Shown here one piece after another: positions 47,851 through 57,672 of a DNA stretch of 64,000 bases. This stretch comes from Polyangiaceae bacterium (GTDB lineage: Bacteria > Myxococcota_A > Polyangia > Polyangiales > Polyangiaceae), in assembly GCA_033763455.1 (NCBI GenBank), contig JANRKO010000006.1:448001-512000 (forward strand). The letters are read 5' to 3'. Both the position numbers and the translations under genes were made by a program. Below the pieces are notes generated by a model, which saw nothing but the letters and a program-made list of their open reading frames with translations, made no database searches and was not told where the DNA came from. Each line of letters begins with the position of its first letter. Positions within the stretch are counted from its first letter, which is position 1.

Positions 47851-49290
47851 TCAGTCGATGCGAACTGCCCACATCCGTCGCCCCAATTCGCCCGTCTTCC
47901 GTTCGCTGTAAACCACGTACGCGCTACCGTTCGGGTCAAAGTCTACCGCGATGGCACCTCCATGGCCACATGTCCCAGTCGTGACATCTGGGCAGCTTCC
48001 TAAGACGAGCGGCAGGCTCCAGCCGGCGCTGCTCCCAAGGCGAACCACGATACGATCTGCGACACCGATCCGAGAATAATAGGCGAGCACGGCTCGTCCG
48101 TCGTGCGCCGCCACTACAGGATAACTTGCAGACTCGCCCGCCGCGCTCAGGGAAACTTCCGGCAGCCAGGAGCCTCCTTTCGGGCGTAGGCGAGCGTCTA
48201 CTCGGTAGGAGAGGGGGGCCGCGCTGACCTGCACCATCCACGCCGCAACGGCCGTTCCATCGCTTGCTACTCGGGTAACCGGGAGTGTGACGCTGGCGCC
48301 GGGGCCAGTATCCAGGGATGCGGGCGGGGTCCAGGGGCCTGAGAACACCCCGCGTTCAAGCGTTCTGGCGTGGCCATTCTGTTGGTACACGGTGATGAGG
48401 GTCGCGTCGGGGAAAACGCCCACGCCAAACGCGCGCGGCTCGTTTACCGGAGCATCGAGCGTTTGGGTACGGCCGAAGTCCAAGAGGCCGCCGCCTGCGG
48501 CAAACCGCGCAAAGAAGTGTTCATGAGGTTGGAAGCTACAGGTTCCGGCAACACATCCTCCGTTGACGAGCACGAAACCCGCCGCTGCGGTTCCGTCGGG
48601 GGCGATGGCAACGCGTGGAATGCGGGCATCCAAGTTGGTTTGAGCGCGCAACCAGTGTTCAGGTTGCCAGACACCACCCCGCCGGGTCGAGACCATCGGC
48701 TCACCTGCCGCCGCGACAGGCACTGAGCGTAGCCACGCGAGTACGGCGTCTCCCTGAGGATTTACGCGCAGAGCAGGCGCATAGTCGCCGGCGCTCCCCG
48801 CAACAAATGGTGTTTCTTTGGAGCCAAGGCTAGCGGTTACCTCTCCGCGTTGAATCACAATCCCCGAGCCATCCGAATATGCCACCGTAAGCTCCCCCGC
48901 CTGATCTACGCCCACGCTCGGTCCGTACGCGGAGTCCGGATGATGGGTTCCCAGCAATTCCTCAGTGTGAAAAGTCCCGCCACTCAACCGAGCAACCTTA
49001 GCCTTCCAACCACCGCTACCGTCGCTCTCAAGCCATGCGGCGCCACCGCGCCCCAGCCACGCTGCGACATCCGGGCGATCGGTGAAAACGTCGTCGCTCA
49101 GTTGAAAACGGGTGCTTAAGGTGGCCGTAGGTGGCACCGCGGGAGGTGGGGTGTTCGGGCCATTCACGCATTGTTGCAGTTGGCTGAGCGACACGACGGG
49201 AGCCACAGCGAGCGCGGTTCCCAAGCGAAAGCGGTTCCACAGCTGAGCTAATTGTCGATTGAGGGGCTTACTCGGACTTCGGTTGGGCAT
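47851..49290 (-). CDS. Hypothetical secreted protein with repeated beta-propeller-like blades
   Basis: Hydrophobic N-terminus ending in Cys, Pro linker, about 7 repeats of P-x-V/L...G-x-A-x-x-x-W/Y. Confidence 0.55.
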   Translation of the reverse strand: MPNRSPSKPLNRQLAQLWNRFRLGTALAVAPVVSLSQLQQCVNGPNTPPPAVPPTATLSTRFQLSDDVFTDRPDVAAWLGRGGAAWLESDGSGGWKAKVARLSGGTFHTEELLGTHHPDSAYGPSVGVDQAGELTVAYSDGSGIVIQRGEVTASLGSKETPFVAGSAGDYAPALRVNPQGDAVLAWLRSVPVAAAGEPMVSTRRGGVWQPEHWLRAQTNLDARIPRVAIAPDGTAAAGFVLVNGGCVAGTCSFQPHEHFFARFAAGGGLLDFGRTQTLDAPVNEPRAFGVGVFPDATLITVYQQNGHARTLERGVFSGPWTPPASLDTGPGASVTLPVTRVASDGTAVAAWMVQVSAAPLSYRVDARLRPKGGSWLPEVSLSAAGESASYPVVAAHDGRAVLAYYSRIGVADRIVVRLGSSAGWSLPLVLGSCPDVTTGTCGHGGAIAVDFDPNGSAYVVYSERKTGELGRRMWAVRID

Positions 49291-49370
49291 GCCGAAGTGG
49301 AAACGGCCGCTGTGCGGGAGTCAAGGTGTCGTGAAGGTTGCGTCGCACGCTTCTCTGGCCATAGGGCACT

Positions 49371-50120
49371 TCAGCGCACCCGCGGAGCTTTGCGCCCGAT
49401 TTCTTCGGCGTGGAAAGCGCTTGGGCATTCTCCGTTCACCGGGCAAGCCGCACACGCAGGCTTTCTTGCGGCGCAGATGCGTCGACCGTGAAAAATTAAC
49501 GTATGGCTGAGGCGATCCCAATCCGACTTAGGGAACATCCGCATCAGATCGAGCTCGATCTTTTCGGGAGTTGATTCTTCGGTCCAGCCCAAGCGCTGGC
49601 TGATGCGTTGTACATGGGTGTCCACCACCACACCTTCCGGGGTTCCGAACGCCACTCCTAGCACCACGTTGGCAGTCTTTCGCCCTACACCGGGTAGGAG
49701 GATCAGCTCGGCCAAGGTTCTCGGTACCGCGCCCTTGTGGCTTTCCACCAGTTGGCGACTAAGCCCAATGATGTTCTTGGCTTTTTGTCGAAACATGCCG
49801 AGGCGGCTCAGCAGTTGTTCGATCTCCGAGGGCTCCGCTGAACCCAACTTTGCCGGTGTGCCGAAGCGCCGGAAGAGCTCGGGTGTAACGAGATTCACGG
49901 CGACGTCGGTGCTCTGCGCCGAAAGCACCGTGGCCACGAGAAGCTCGAAGGGCGATTGGTGATGGAGCTCGCAGTGCGCGTCCGGATGGGCCGCGCACAG
50001 CTTGGCGAACGTGCGCGCGTTATTCGCCTTGGCCGTCGGTTTCGCTGGTTTCAGAGCTTTCGCTGGCTTCGGAGCTTTCGGGGCCGCTGACTTCTTGCCT
50101 GGGGTTTTCCGCGCTGGCAT
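49371..50120 (-). CDS. nth: Endonuclease III
   Basis: [16 protein letters not shown], Hh[32 protein letters not shown]e-S motif; ATG 50120 with GGAGG RBS. Confidence 0.96.
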   Translation of the reverse strand: MPARKTPGKKSAAPKAPKPAKALKPAKPTAKANNARTFAKLCAAHPDAHCELHHQSPFELLVATVLSAQSTDVAVNLVTPELFRRFGTPAKLGSAEPSEIEQLLSRLGMFRQKAKNIIGLSRQLVESHKGAVPRTLAELILLPGVGRKTANVVLGVAFGTPEGVVVDTHVQRISQRLGWTEESTPEKIELDLMRMFPKSDWDRLSHTLIFHGRRICAARKPACAACPVNGECPSAFHAEEIGRKAPRVR

Positions 50121-52695
50121 CGGTGCCTTCCTCCGCGTTCGCTTCACCGTCGATTTCGTCGCTCGCGCCTACGGGCTCCATGGCCACGACTCGCTCGCCT
50201 TCGTCCACCGACATTACCTTCACGCCCTGGGCGTTTCGCCCAGTCTCTCGAATGCCACCGACTTGGGTGCGAATGATCTGGCCCCTATCGGTGATGAGCA
50301 CCAGCTCGTCGTCCAGCTTCACGAGCGCAATGCCCACCACCGGTCCGTTTCGATCGCTCGCGTCGATCAGGATGATGCCCTTGCCGCCGCGATGTTGTTT
50401 TCGAAACTCTTCTAGCGCAGTGCGCTTGCCGTAACCTCGCTCGCACACGGTGAGGACCTGGTCACGATCCGGCTGGGTGCTAGCAAAACCCACCACTTCG
50501 TCCCCCTCGGAGAGCTCGATGGCTTTTACGCCGGCGGTGTTGCGACCCATCGGGCGCACTTGATCTTCTTCGAAGCGGATCGATTTGCCTTGCTTGGTGG
50601 CGATCAGAAGATCGCGCGTTCCGTCGGTGACAGCGGCGGTGAGCAACCGATCATCATCGGCAATCTTGACGCCGATGATGCCCTTTTCTCGGTAATTTTG
50701 ATAATCTAGGATGCTCGTCTTCTTGATTTGTCCGCCACGCGTGAGCGTAATCACAAACAAGCCTTCTTGGATCCCCGGCACTGGTGTGATCGCGGCTACT
50801 CGCTCGCCTTCTTCCATACCAACGAAATTGACAATCGCTCGGCCCTTAGCGTTTCGAGCGGCCGCCGGGATTTCGTAGATCTTCTTTACGTAAACTTTCC
50901 CGCGATCGCTGAAGAAGAACACGAAGCTGTGGGTTGAGGCCACAAAGAGCTGCGTCACGAAATCATCGTCCCGCGCTTCCATCCCTTTGTTGCCTTTGCC
51001 GCCACGCTTCTGCGCTTTGTACGTGGAGAGGGGCGTGCGCTTGATATAGCCCGAGTGAGAAATGGTAACGACCATCTCTTCTTCTTGAATCAGATCTTCG
51101 ACTTGGATTTCGGCTTCGTCTTCGATGATCTCGGTGCGGCGTGGACTCTTGTGTTTGGCCTTGACCTCTTCAAGCTCGGTTACGATGAGGGCCATGAGCA
51201 CCTGCTCGTCGGCCAAGATCGTCTTTAAGCGCGCGATTTCGTCTGAAAGGCTGCCATATTCGGCGGCGAGCTTCTCCTGCTCCAGCCCAGTGAGGCGTGA
51301 AAGGCGCATCTCTAAGATGGCCTTGGCTTGGCGTTCGCTCAAACGATAGTCCGTCCGCTCGCGGGCCGCCGTAATTTCGCTTTCCGGGCGACCTGCGCGG
51401 CGCACGAAAGCTTCAAGGCCCTTGAGCGGGAGATTCATCAGTGCAGCTTTGGCTTCATCGGGATCTTGCGAAGAGCGAATGGTCTTGATGACCAGATCCA
51501 CCTCGGTGATGGCCATCCCGAGGCCCTCGATAATCTCGCGTTGAGCTTCAGATTTTGCGAGGTCGAAACGGGTGCGTCGGCTCACCACTTCACGGCGGTG
51601 CTCCACGAACAGCCTCAGCATTTCCTTCAGGTCGAGAACCGCTGGTCGATTCTCAACGATGGAGAGGTTGATGATGCCAAACGAACACTGCATGTCCGTG
51701 AGCCGGAACAGCTGATTCAACACGACCTGCGGGTGCACGTCTTTTTTGAGCTCGATAACAAGCCGCATGCCATCGCGGTCACTTTCGTCGCGAGCTTCTT
51801 TGATGCCTTCGATGCGCTTATCTCGCATCAGCTCGCCGATCTTGGCGTGCAAGCGCGCCTTGTTGACCTGGTACGGCAACTCGGTAACGACAATCTGTTC
51901 GCGATCTTGGCTGTTGGGCACGGGCTCGGTGAGCGTGCGTGAGCGCATCATCACGCTACCGCGGCCGGTTCTGTACGCCTGCAAGATGCCAGCGCGCCCG
52001 TGAATGATGCCCGCGGTAGGGAAATCTGGCCCCTCCACAAACTTCATTAGATCTTCAATTTGGCATTCCGGGTTGCCGATTAAGTGGATCGTGGCGTCGA
52101 TTACCTCGCCCAGATTGTGTGGAGGAATATTAGTGGCCATACCCACGGCGATACCGCCGGAGCCGTTCACCAATAGGTTGGGGAAGCGCGTGGGAAGCAC
52201 CTCCGGCTCCATCTTCGACTCATCGAAGTTGGGCGTAAAATCGACCGTTTCCTTTTCGATGTCTGTGAGGAGCTCGACCGCAAGCCGAGCCAGGCGACAC
52301 TCCGTGTAACGGTAAGCAGCTGGCCTGTCGCCGTCGACAGAGCCGAAGTTCCCCTGGCCGTCAACGAGCATGTGGCGCATGCTGAAGTCTTGAGCCATGC
52401 GCACTAGCGCGTCGTAGACGCTGGCATCACCGTGTGGGTGATAGTTGCCGAGCACTTCCCCGACCACGGCGGCGCACTTCCTGTACGCCCCACCTGGATT
52501 CAGGTTGAGTTCGCGCATCGCGTACAGGATGCGCCGGTGCACAGGCTTCAGGCCATCACGCACATCGGGGATGGCACGCCCGATGATGACGCTCATCGCG
52601 TAGTCCAAGTAGGACGTACGCATTTCGTCGTGAATGCTGATGGGCTGGGAGTTGGGAGCTGGGGGGCCGGCTGGCGTAGAGGTCTCGTCTGACAT
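50020..52695 (-). CDS. gyrA: DNA gyrase subunit A
   Basis: [22 protein letters not shown], GyrA-box QKRGGKG, full pinwheel CTD, acidic tail. Confidence 0.97.
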   Translation of the reverse strand: MSDETSTPAGPPAPNSQPISIHDEMRTSYLDYAMSVIIGRAIPDVRDGLKPVHRRILYAMRELNLNPGGAYRKCAAVVGEVLGNYHPHGDASVYDALVRMAQDFSMRHMLVDGQGNFGSVDGDRPAAYRYTECRLARLAVELLTDIEKETVDFTPNFDESKMEPEVLPTRFPNLLVNGSGGIAVGMATNIPPHNLGEVIDATIHLIGNPECQIEDLMKFVEGPDFPTAGIIHGRAGILQAYRTGRGSVMMRSRTLTEPVPNSQDREQIVVTELPYQVNKARLHAKIGELMRDKRIEGIKEARDESDRDGMRLVIELKKDVHPQVVLNQLFRLTDMQCSFGIINLSIVENRPAVLDLKEMLRLFVEHRREVVSRRTRFDLAKSEAQREIIEGLGMAITEVDLVIKTIRSSQDPDEAKAALMNLPLKGLEAFVRRAGRPESEITAARERTDYRLSERQAKAILEMRLSRLTGLEQEKLAAEYGSLSDEIARLKTILADEQVLMALIVTELEEVKAKHKSPRRTEIIEDEAEIQVEDLIQEEEMVVTISHSGYIKRTPLSTYKAQKRGGKGNKGMEARDDDFVTQLFVASTHSFVFFFSDRGKVYVKKIYEIPAAARNAKGRAIVNFVGMEEGERVAAITPVPGIQEGLFVITLTRGGQIKKTSILDYQNYREKGIIGVKIADDDRLLTAAVTDGTRDLLIATKQGKSIRFEEDQVRPMGRNTAGVKAIELSEGDEVVGFASTQPDRDQVLTVCERGYGKRTALEEFRKQHRGGKGIILIDASDRNGPVVGIALVKLDDELVLITDRGQIIRTQVGGIRETGRNAQGVKVMSVDEGERVVAMEPVGASDEIDGEANAEEGTDASAENPRQEVSGPESSEASESSETSETDGQGE

Positions 52696-52841
52696 GGGCT
52701 TCACAGAGGCCCGGGTTCAGCCTTTTTCAGGCTGATCCGCGTTCGGGCGCACCCGCACAGGTAGCCCAGAGGCGAGCCCCCGACAACACCTCATGGCACA
52801 GTTTATATCGACCCCACACAGGGCTCGGGGGATGTCCAAAT

Positions 52842-53189
52842 TCAGCCAAAAAGGACCTTGTAGGCGAGCAGGAGCAGGCCCACGAGGCCCACCCAGAGCA
52901 GCCACTCGCGCGACCCGGAGTGCGTTCTGTCGAAAGCCGCCTCCAGCTCGGTGACGCGCCGATCCGCCTCGATGAGCCGCATCTCAACGCGCGTGAGCCG
53001 TTCATCGAAAATTGCGTCGTTGCTATCGGCCGGAATAGGGGCCGAGAGCAGCGTATCTTCGGAAGGGCGCCCGGGTTGCCGAGAGGGGCGTCGGCTCGGA
53101 AGGGGGTTGCTCGGAGGGGGCGGGACGGTATCGCTCGTACCCGCGGGAGGGATGCTTGGGAGCGGTGGCTTCGGAGGCTCGCTGGGCAT
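52842..53189 (-). CDS. Small hypothetical tail-anchored membrane protein (Pro-rich, coiled coil, C-terminal TM)
   Basis: ATG 6 nt after the bamA stop; terminal hydrophobic helix WLLWVGLVGLLLLAYKVLFG. Confidence 0.6.
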   Translation of the reverse strand: MPSEPPKPPLPSIPPAGTSDTVPPPPSNPLPSRRPSRQPGRPSEDTLLSAPIPADSNDAIFDERLTRVEMRLIEADRRVTELEAAFDRTHSGSREWLLWVGLVGLLLLAYKVLFG

Positions 53190-53195
53190 CGCCGA

Positions 53196-55886
53196 TCAGA
53201 AGAAATTCCCAATCGTGAACTCGAAAACGCTGCTCTCTTCGGTGGGGAGCGGTTTGAACGGGAAACCCCATTCGAAGCGCAGCGGGCCAAGTGGTGAGAA
53301 CCAACGAAGGCCAAAGCCCCAAGAAGTGCGCAGGCGACTCAAGCTATCCAGGCCGTCGAAGCAAGGGCTCTGTAAGCTGAAGCGAGCGCTCCCGCCCACG
53401 GTGTCGCAATAATTGGCCTCAATATTCCAAGTGTTGCCCGCATCTGTGAAGAACACACCGCGAACCCCGACGCTTTCAACGATAGGGAACTCAAACTCGA
53501 GGTTCTGGAAGTAAAGCATATTGCCGCCGATACGCGCGCCATCGCTGCGGAGCGCGCTGTTCGGGTCGGTGCTTTGCGTGAGGGGTAGCCGGGGGCCGAC
53601 GCTGCGGTATTGGAAGCCGCGCAAATTCGTGATGCCACCCAAGAAATAGCGGGCAAAGATTGGCACGCCTTCTTTGTTGGGGCTCGTAACCAAGCCAAAT
53701 TCCTGATTGAGCTTGAGCACGGCGCCGCCACCCACGTGGTAGAAGTACCGGCCCTGAAAGGTGTTTCTCAGGAATTCGTTGTCAGAACCGAAGATATCCG
53801 AGGCCAGCTCGGTGGAGAGCTTGGTGTAGACGCCGCTTGTGGTGAATAGGCGGTTGTCACGCGTATCGTAGGTGAGCGTGGGGCGGAGGCTCGAGGTGAG
53901 CCCGTCGTTGAAGAGGTTGGCAAGGGGTAATTGTTGAAACGTAGTTGCACCGCTGGAGGTGCCGAAAAGACTACTGCCGCCACCGCTTGAAACTTCATCA
54001 GTTTCCAGCGTGTAGGTAATGGAGGCGGTGAGCTCCGGCTCCACCAACGGGTAACCAACCGTAAGTGCGCTTCCGCGAGTGGCCTGGGAGAAGTCTTGGT
54101 AGAAGCTTTCTTGATTGAAAACGTTCAAGCCAAGGTTGAAGCGGCTATCGAGGAAGTATGGTTCAAACAGGCTGGCGTTCGCCAACGTGCGCGCCCGGCT
54201 GGCCTGAAGCTGAAGGCTGAAGCTTTGTCCGTTGCCAAAAAGATTTGCCTGTTGAATTTGGGCGGTAAGAATGAAGTTTTCGACGCTCGAAAAGCCCGCA
54301 CCCACCTGGAATGTGCCGGTCGGCTTCTCCGAGATCTCAATGTAAACGTTCATCTTGTCGCGGCTGGAGCCCTCCTCTGTGGAGATATCCACCCGCTCAA
54401 AGTACCCGAGCGCGGTGATGCGTCGTCGAGACGCTTCGAGGTTCGTCTCGTGGAAGGGCTCCCCTTCAAAAACCTCAAGTTCACGCCGGATAACCCTATC
54501 GCGCGTCTTGGTGTTGCCGCGAATTTCTATACGTTCGAAGTGCACGAGCGGCCCACGAACAATGGGCACCACCACGTCCACCTCGTGGGTGGTCGCGTCT
54601 AGCTGGGTCTCGGGGGTGGCCTCGACGTGCACGAAGCCGTTGTCGCGGTATAAAGTCCGGACGCCCTGCAAATCTGCAATGAGCTTTGCCCGGTTAAAGT
54701 AGTCCCCGGAGCGCGCCTCCACCATTGCCGCCAGCTTGCGACGCCCACCAATGGGCTCCACTTCTCCACCACCGGGACCGCGCTCGTAGATGCGCAGCTG
54801 CCGTATTTTGAAGCGTGGACCCTCGTTGATGGTCACCGACACTTCGATGCCGCTTTTGTCGGGCGTCAGCATGATGCGGGGCGTGTTTACGCTTACCGTA
54901 AGAAACCCACGGTCGTAGTACAGCCCGCTTATGACCATCATGTCCCGCTCAAAGGCATCTTGGCGGAACGGGCCACCCGAGCCGAACGCAAAAAATCCGC
55001 CATTGCCGGTGAACATGGCTGCGCGCAGCTCTTCGCTAGAGATAGCGCTGTTACCGATGAAAGTGACGCTGCGAACACTGACCTGGCTGTGTTCTTTGAC
55101 GGTGAGCTTTACCGAAACCTGGTTGTCCTTCTCGGCCTGAATGGAGCTCTTCACCTCGGCCAGGAAGTAGCCTTTCTCCGCGTACATATCCCGCACCTTT
55201 TGAACGCTGCGGTTTAGAGCCGGATAGCTGAGCACCGAATTGGACTTGGCTTCGATGGCCTCCACTAGGTCTTCGCTGTCAATTTCCTCGTTCCCCTCAA
55301 AGACGATACTGCTAATGGTGGGGCGCTCCCGCACCAAGAACCGCAACACCACACCTTCGTCGCGGCGGGTGAGATCGACTTCAATATCGTCAAAAAAGCC
55401 GGAGTTGTAGAGCTCTCGAATGTCGGACGTCAGACGGGAGGGATCGAAGGGATCGGAAGGTTGCTCCCGCAGGTAAGAGAGGATGTCCTCGCGGGTAACA
55501 TGGCGATTGCCGGCTACATCAATCCGCGCGATCGGTAGGCCACGGGCGAGCTCAGCTTCGCTTGGTGGAATTGCTGCGTTTGGGTCCGGGGTCGCAGGGT
55601 CGGTATTGGCACCTGGCGCCGTGTCCACCGGCGGCGCATCGGTCGAGCCGCTTGTCGGTGGCACATCCCCTGCTGGGGGTGGGGCTGAATCCGCTGTATC
55701 GGGTGCAGCGGCGTTGGGGGTCGCGGGTTCAGTGTTCTGCGCTTGGGCTTCGCTTGCACCCAGTGTGGCCAGTGCGAGCAGAATGAACGTGCACGCAACG
55801 GCAGTGTGGCCCCAACGCCTCACGCACACGTGGAGGACCGCTTGGGTCAAGCTTAGAATACCGGAGGGGAAGGAGTGCGTTTGCAA
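53196..55886 (-). CDS. bamA: Outer membrane protein assembly factor BamA
   Basis: POTRA repeats (GNTKTRDRVIRRE), LRGF motif, SPLGPLRFEWG, FEFTIG C-terminus. Start uncertain. Confidence 0.96.
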   Translation of the reverse strand: MQTHSFPSGILSLTQAVLHVCVRRWGHTAVACTFILLALATLGASEAQAQNTEPATPNAAAPDTADSAPPPAGDVPPTSGSTDAPPVDTAPGANTDPATPDPNAAIPPSEAELARGLPIARIDVAGNRHVTREDILSYLREQPSDPFDPSRLTSDIRELYNSGFFDDIEVDLTRRDEGVVLRFLVRERPTISSIVFEGNEEIDSEDLVEAIEAKSNSVLSYPALNRSVQKVRDMYAEKGYFLAEVKSSIQAEKDNQVSVKLTVKEHSQVSVRSVTFIGNSAISSEELRAAMFTGNGGFFAFGSGGPFRQDAFERDMMVISGLYYDRGFLTVSVNTPRIMLTPDKSGIEVSVTINEGPRFKIRQLRIYERGPGGGEVEPIGGRRKLAAMVEARSGDYFNRAKLIADLQGVRTLYRDNGFVHVEATPETQLDATTHEVDVVVPIVRGPLVHFERIEIRGNTKTRDRVIRRELEVFEGEPFHETNLEASRRRITALGYFERVDISTEEGSSRDKMNVYIEISEKPTGTFQVGAGFSSVENFILTAQIQQANLFGNGQSFSLQLQASRARTLANASLFEPYFLDSRFNLGLNVFNQESFYQDFSQATRGSALTVGYPLVEPELTASITYTLETDEVSSGGGSSLFGTSSGATTFQQLPLANLFNDGLTSSLRPTLTYDTRDNRLFTTSGVYTKLSTELASDIFGSDNEFLRNTFQGRYFYHVGGGAVLKLNQEFGLVTSPNKEGVPIFARYFLGGITNLRGFQYRSVGPRLPLTQSTDPNSALRSDGARIGGNMLYFQNLEFEFPIVESVGVRGVFFTDAGNTWNIEANYCDTVGGSARFSLQSPCFDGLDSLSRLRTSWGFGLRWFSPLGPLRFEWGFPFKPLPTEESSVFEFTIGNFF

Positions 55887-56035
55887 CGTCTTCTAGCGAA
55901 TACCAAAAGGGGGTGCCTAGCCACCGGACCCGAGCCCGCGCGTTATCCCATCGCGTGCGAGCGCACAAGGTGCCGGCCTCGCGGTTGGGGTGAGCCCCCC
56001 AAAAATGCACCCCTCCGCCCCGTGGGAGTGCGGAT

Positions 56036-57505
56036 TTATAGGGCGCGGTGCACTCGATTTCGCCCGCCCCGCTTTGCCTCGTACAGCGCCGCGTCGGCCC
56101 GAGCGATGAGTCCTTTGGCGTTCTCGCCGCTCTTCAGCGTCGCCACTCCAAGACTCGCCGTGAGCGTAGCGGTGCAACCATCGAGTTTAACGACCCGACT
56201 TTCGAGAGCTGCGCGGACGCGTTCACACACGAGGGCTGCCCCGTCTAGGTCGGTGCGTGGTAGCAAAATCAGGAATTCCTCCCCGCCGTACCGAGCCGCA
56301 AGGTCACTCGCTCGAACGCAGCCTGTGAGTGCCTTAGCGACGGTACGCAAGGCCTCGTCCCCAGCCGGGTGCCCGTACGTGCTATTGAAGTTTCCGAACC
56401 TATCCACATCCAGCATGGCAATGCTGAGGGGGCTCGCATCGCGCACGGCTGCGGCCAGGTCACGCGCGAGGGCCCTATCCATGAGGCGGCGGTTGGGCAG
56501 ACCCGTGAGAGCGTCCGTGCCGACCAGCTGCTCGAGGGCTTCATTGGCGCGGTTGAGCTGCGTTGCTAGCTCTGTTTTCTCCGCAACCAGGCGCTCCAGG
56601 CTGGCCACCATTTCGTGGTACTGAAGGTTAATTTCGACTAGCCGTAAGTTCACATCAGCGCGTAACTGCGCCAGATCGAGCTGAGGCCCTAGATCTCTAT
56701 CGAAAGCGGAGGCCGTTGCTGCCACCCCCGGAGGAATTTCTTCGAGCAGCCGGTCAACCGAGGGTTGAGTGAGGCCAACTTTGCCAGCCTCCACGAGCAA
56801 CTTGGCTCGGCTATCCAAAAGGTCTACACACTCAAAGAGACCCGAAGCTCGCTCTGCAAGCCAGGCAACCTGGCGCGTAGCATCGGTTGGCAGTTCCGGG
56901 TCGTGATGGTGCCGGATGGCCGCGACGAGATCTGGTGGCAGAAGGTACTGCGCCGCCACGTTCGCGCCTGTTTCCGGGTGCGGTGAAAGCCCAGCCGCGC
57001 GCTCATACACGACGCGGTTATGCGCCGGTATGCGTGCAATGGCCGCAGTTCCTCCTGGATCTTCGTGCGCGCGCGAAAGCAGACCCAATTCCAGCAAGAG
57101 GCCTAACGTGAAGTAGGAGTCGAGATCTTTTAGCCCCATCTCTTCGGCTATTAACCTGGCGCTTACGGCTCGGCGCATGCAGTTGGTCAAGATCGGAATG
57201 CTGGCCGCCCCCATGGGTACTAGATCTGTAACGGCAAGGCTGAGGGCAATATTGCGCATTCCGCGCACGCCAAGCAGCATGGCCGCCTGCGGAATGTCCC
57301 GCACCTCGGTCCGGCGCTTAAACGCCGCGCTGTTCACCACTGAGAGTAACCGCAACGCAAAGCCCGGATCTGCTTGAGCGAGTTGCGAGAGCTCGTTCAT
57401 GGTGACGCCTTCGCGAACGGCGGCTTGTGCTATCTGCACAGCCGCAGTCGAAATGGGTCCTTTGCCGCGACCTTTACTCGTTGCGCTGCTTGAGGGAGTG
57501 CTCAT
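56036..57505 (-). CDS. HDOD-GGDEF diguanylate cyclase
   Basis: DPGFALRLLSVVNSA (HDOD); DALTGLPNRR, DVDRF..FN..YGH..GD, I-site RASD, RYGGEEF. Confidence 0.93.
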   Translation of the reverse strand: MSTPSSSATSKGRGKGPISTAAVQIAQAAVREGVTMNELSQLAQADPGFALRLLSVVNSAAFKRRTEVRDIPQAAMLLGVRGMRNIALSLAVTDLVPMGAASIPILTNCMRRAVSARLIAEEMGLKDLDSYFTLGLLLELGLLSRAHEDPGGTAAIARIPAHNRVVYERAAGLSPHPETGANVAAQYLLPPDLVAAIRHHHDPELPTDATRQVAWLAERASGLFECVDLLDSRAKLLVEAGKVGLTQPSVDRLLEEIPPGVAATASAFDRDLGPQLDLAQLRADVNLRLVEINLQYHEMVASLERLVAEKTELATQLNRANEALEQLVGTDALTGLPNRRLMDRALARDLAAAVRDASPLSIAMLDVDRFGNFNSTYGHPAGDEALRTVAKALTGCVRASDLAARYGGEEFLILLPRTDLDGAALVCERVRAALESRVVKLDGCTATLTASLGVATLKSGENAKGLIARADAALYEAKRGGRNRVHRAL

Positions 57506-57672
57506 GGAAATACTGGGGACCTGCGTCCTCAAGTCCCTGCACATTCAACGGATCCCATGACAAGGGGCTTAAGCGCAAAGCGCTTGCCCACCCGTCGGGA
57601 AGGCACCTACATGGGAGTACAAACAATCTCGGGGGATTTTAGAGGGATCTCAGCCGGACAATGGCCGTGCGT

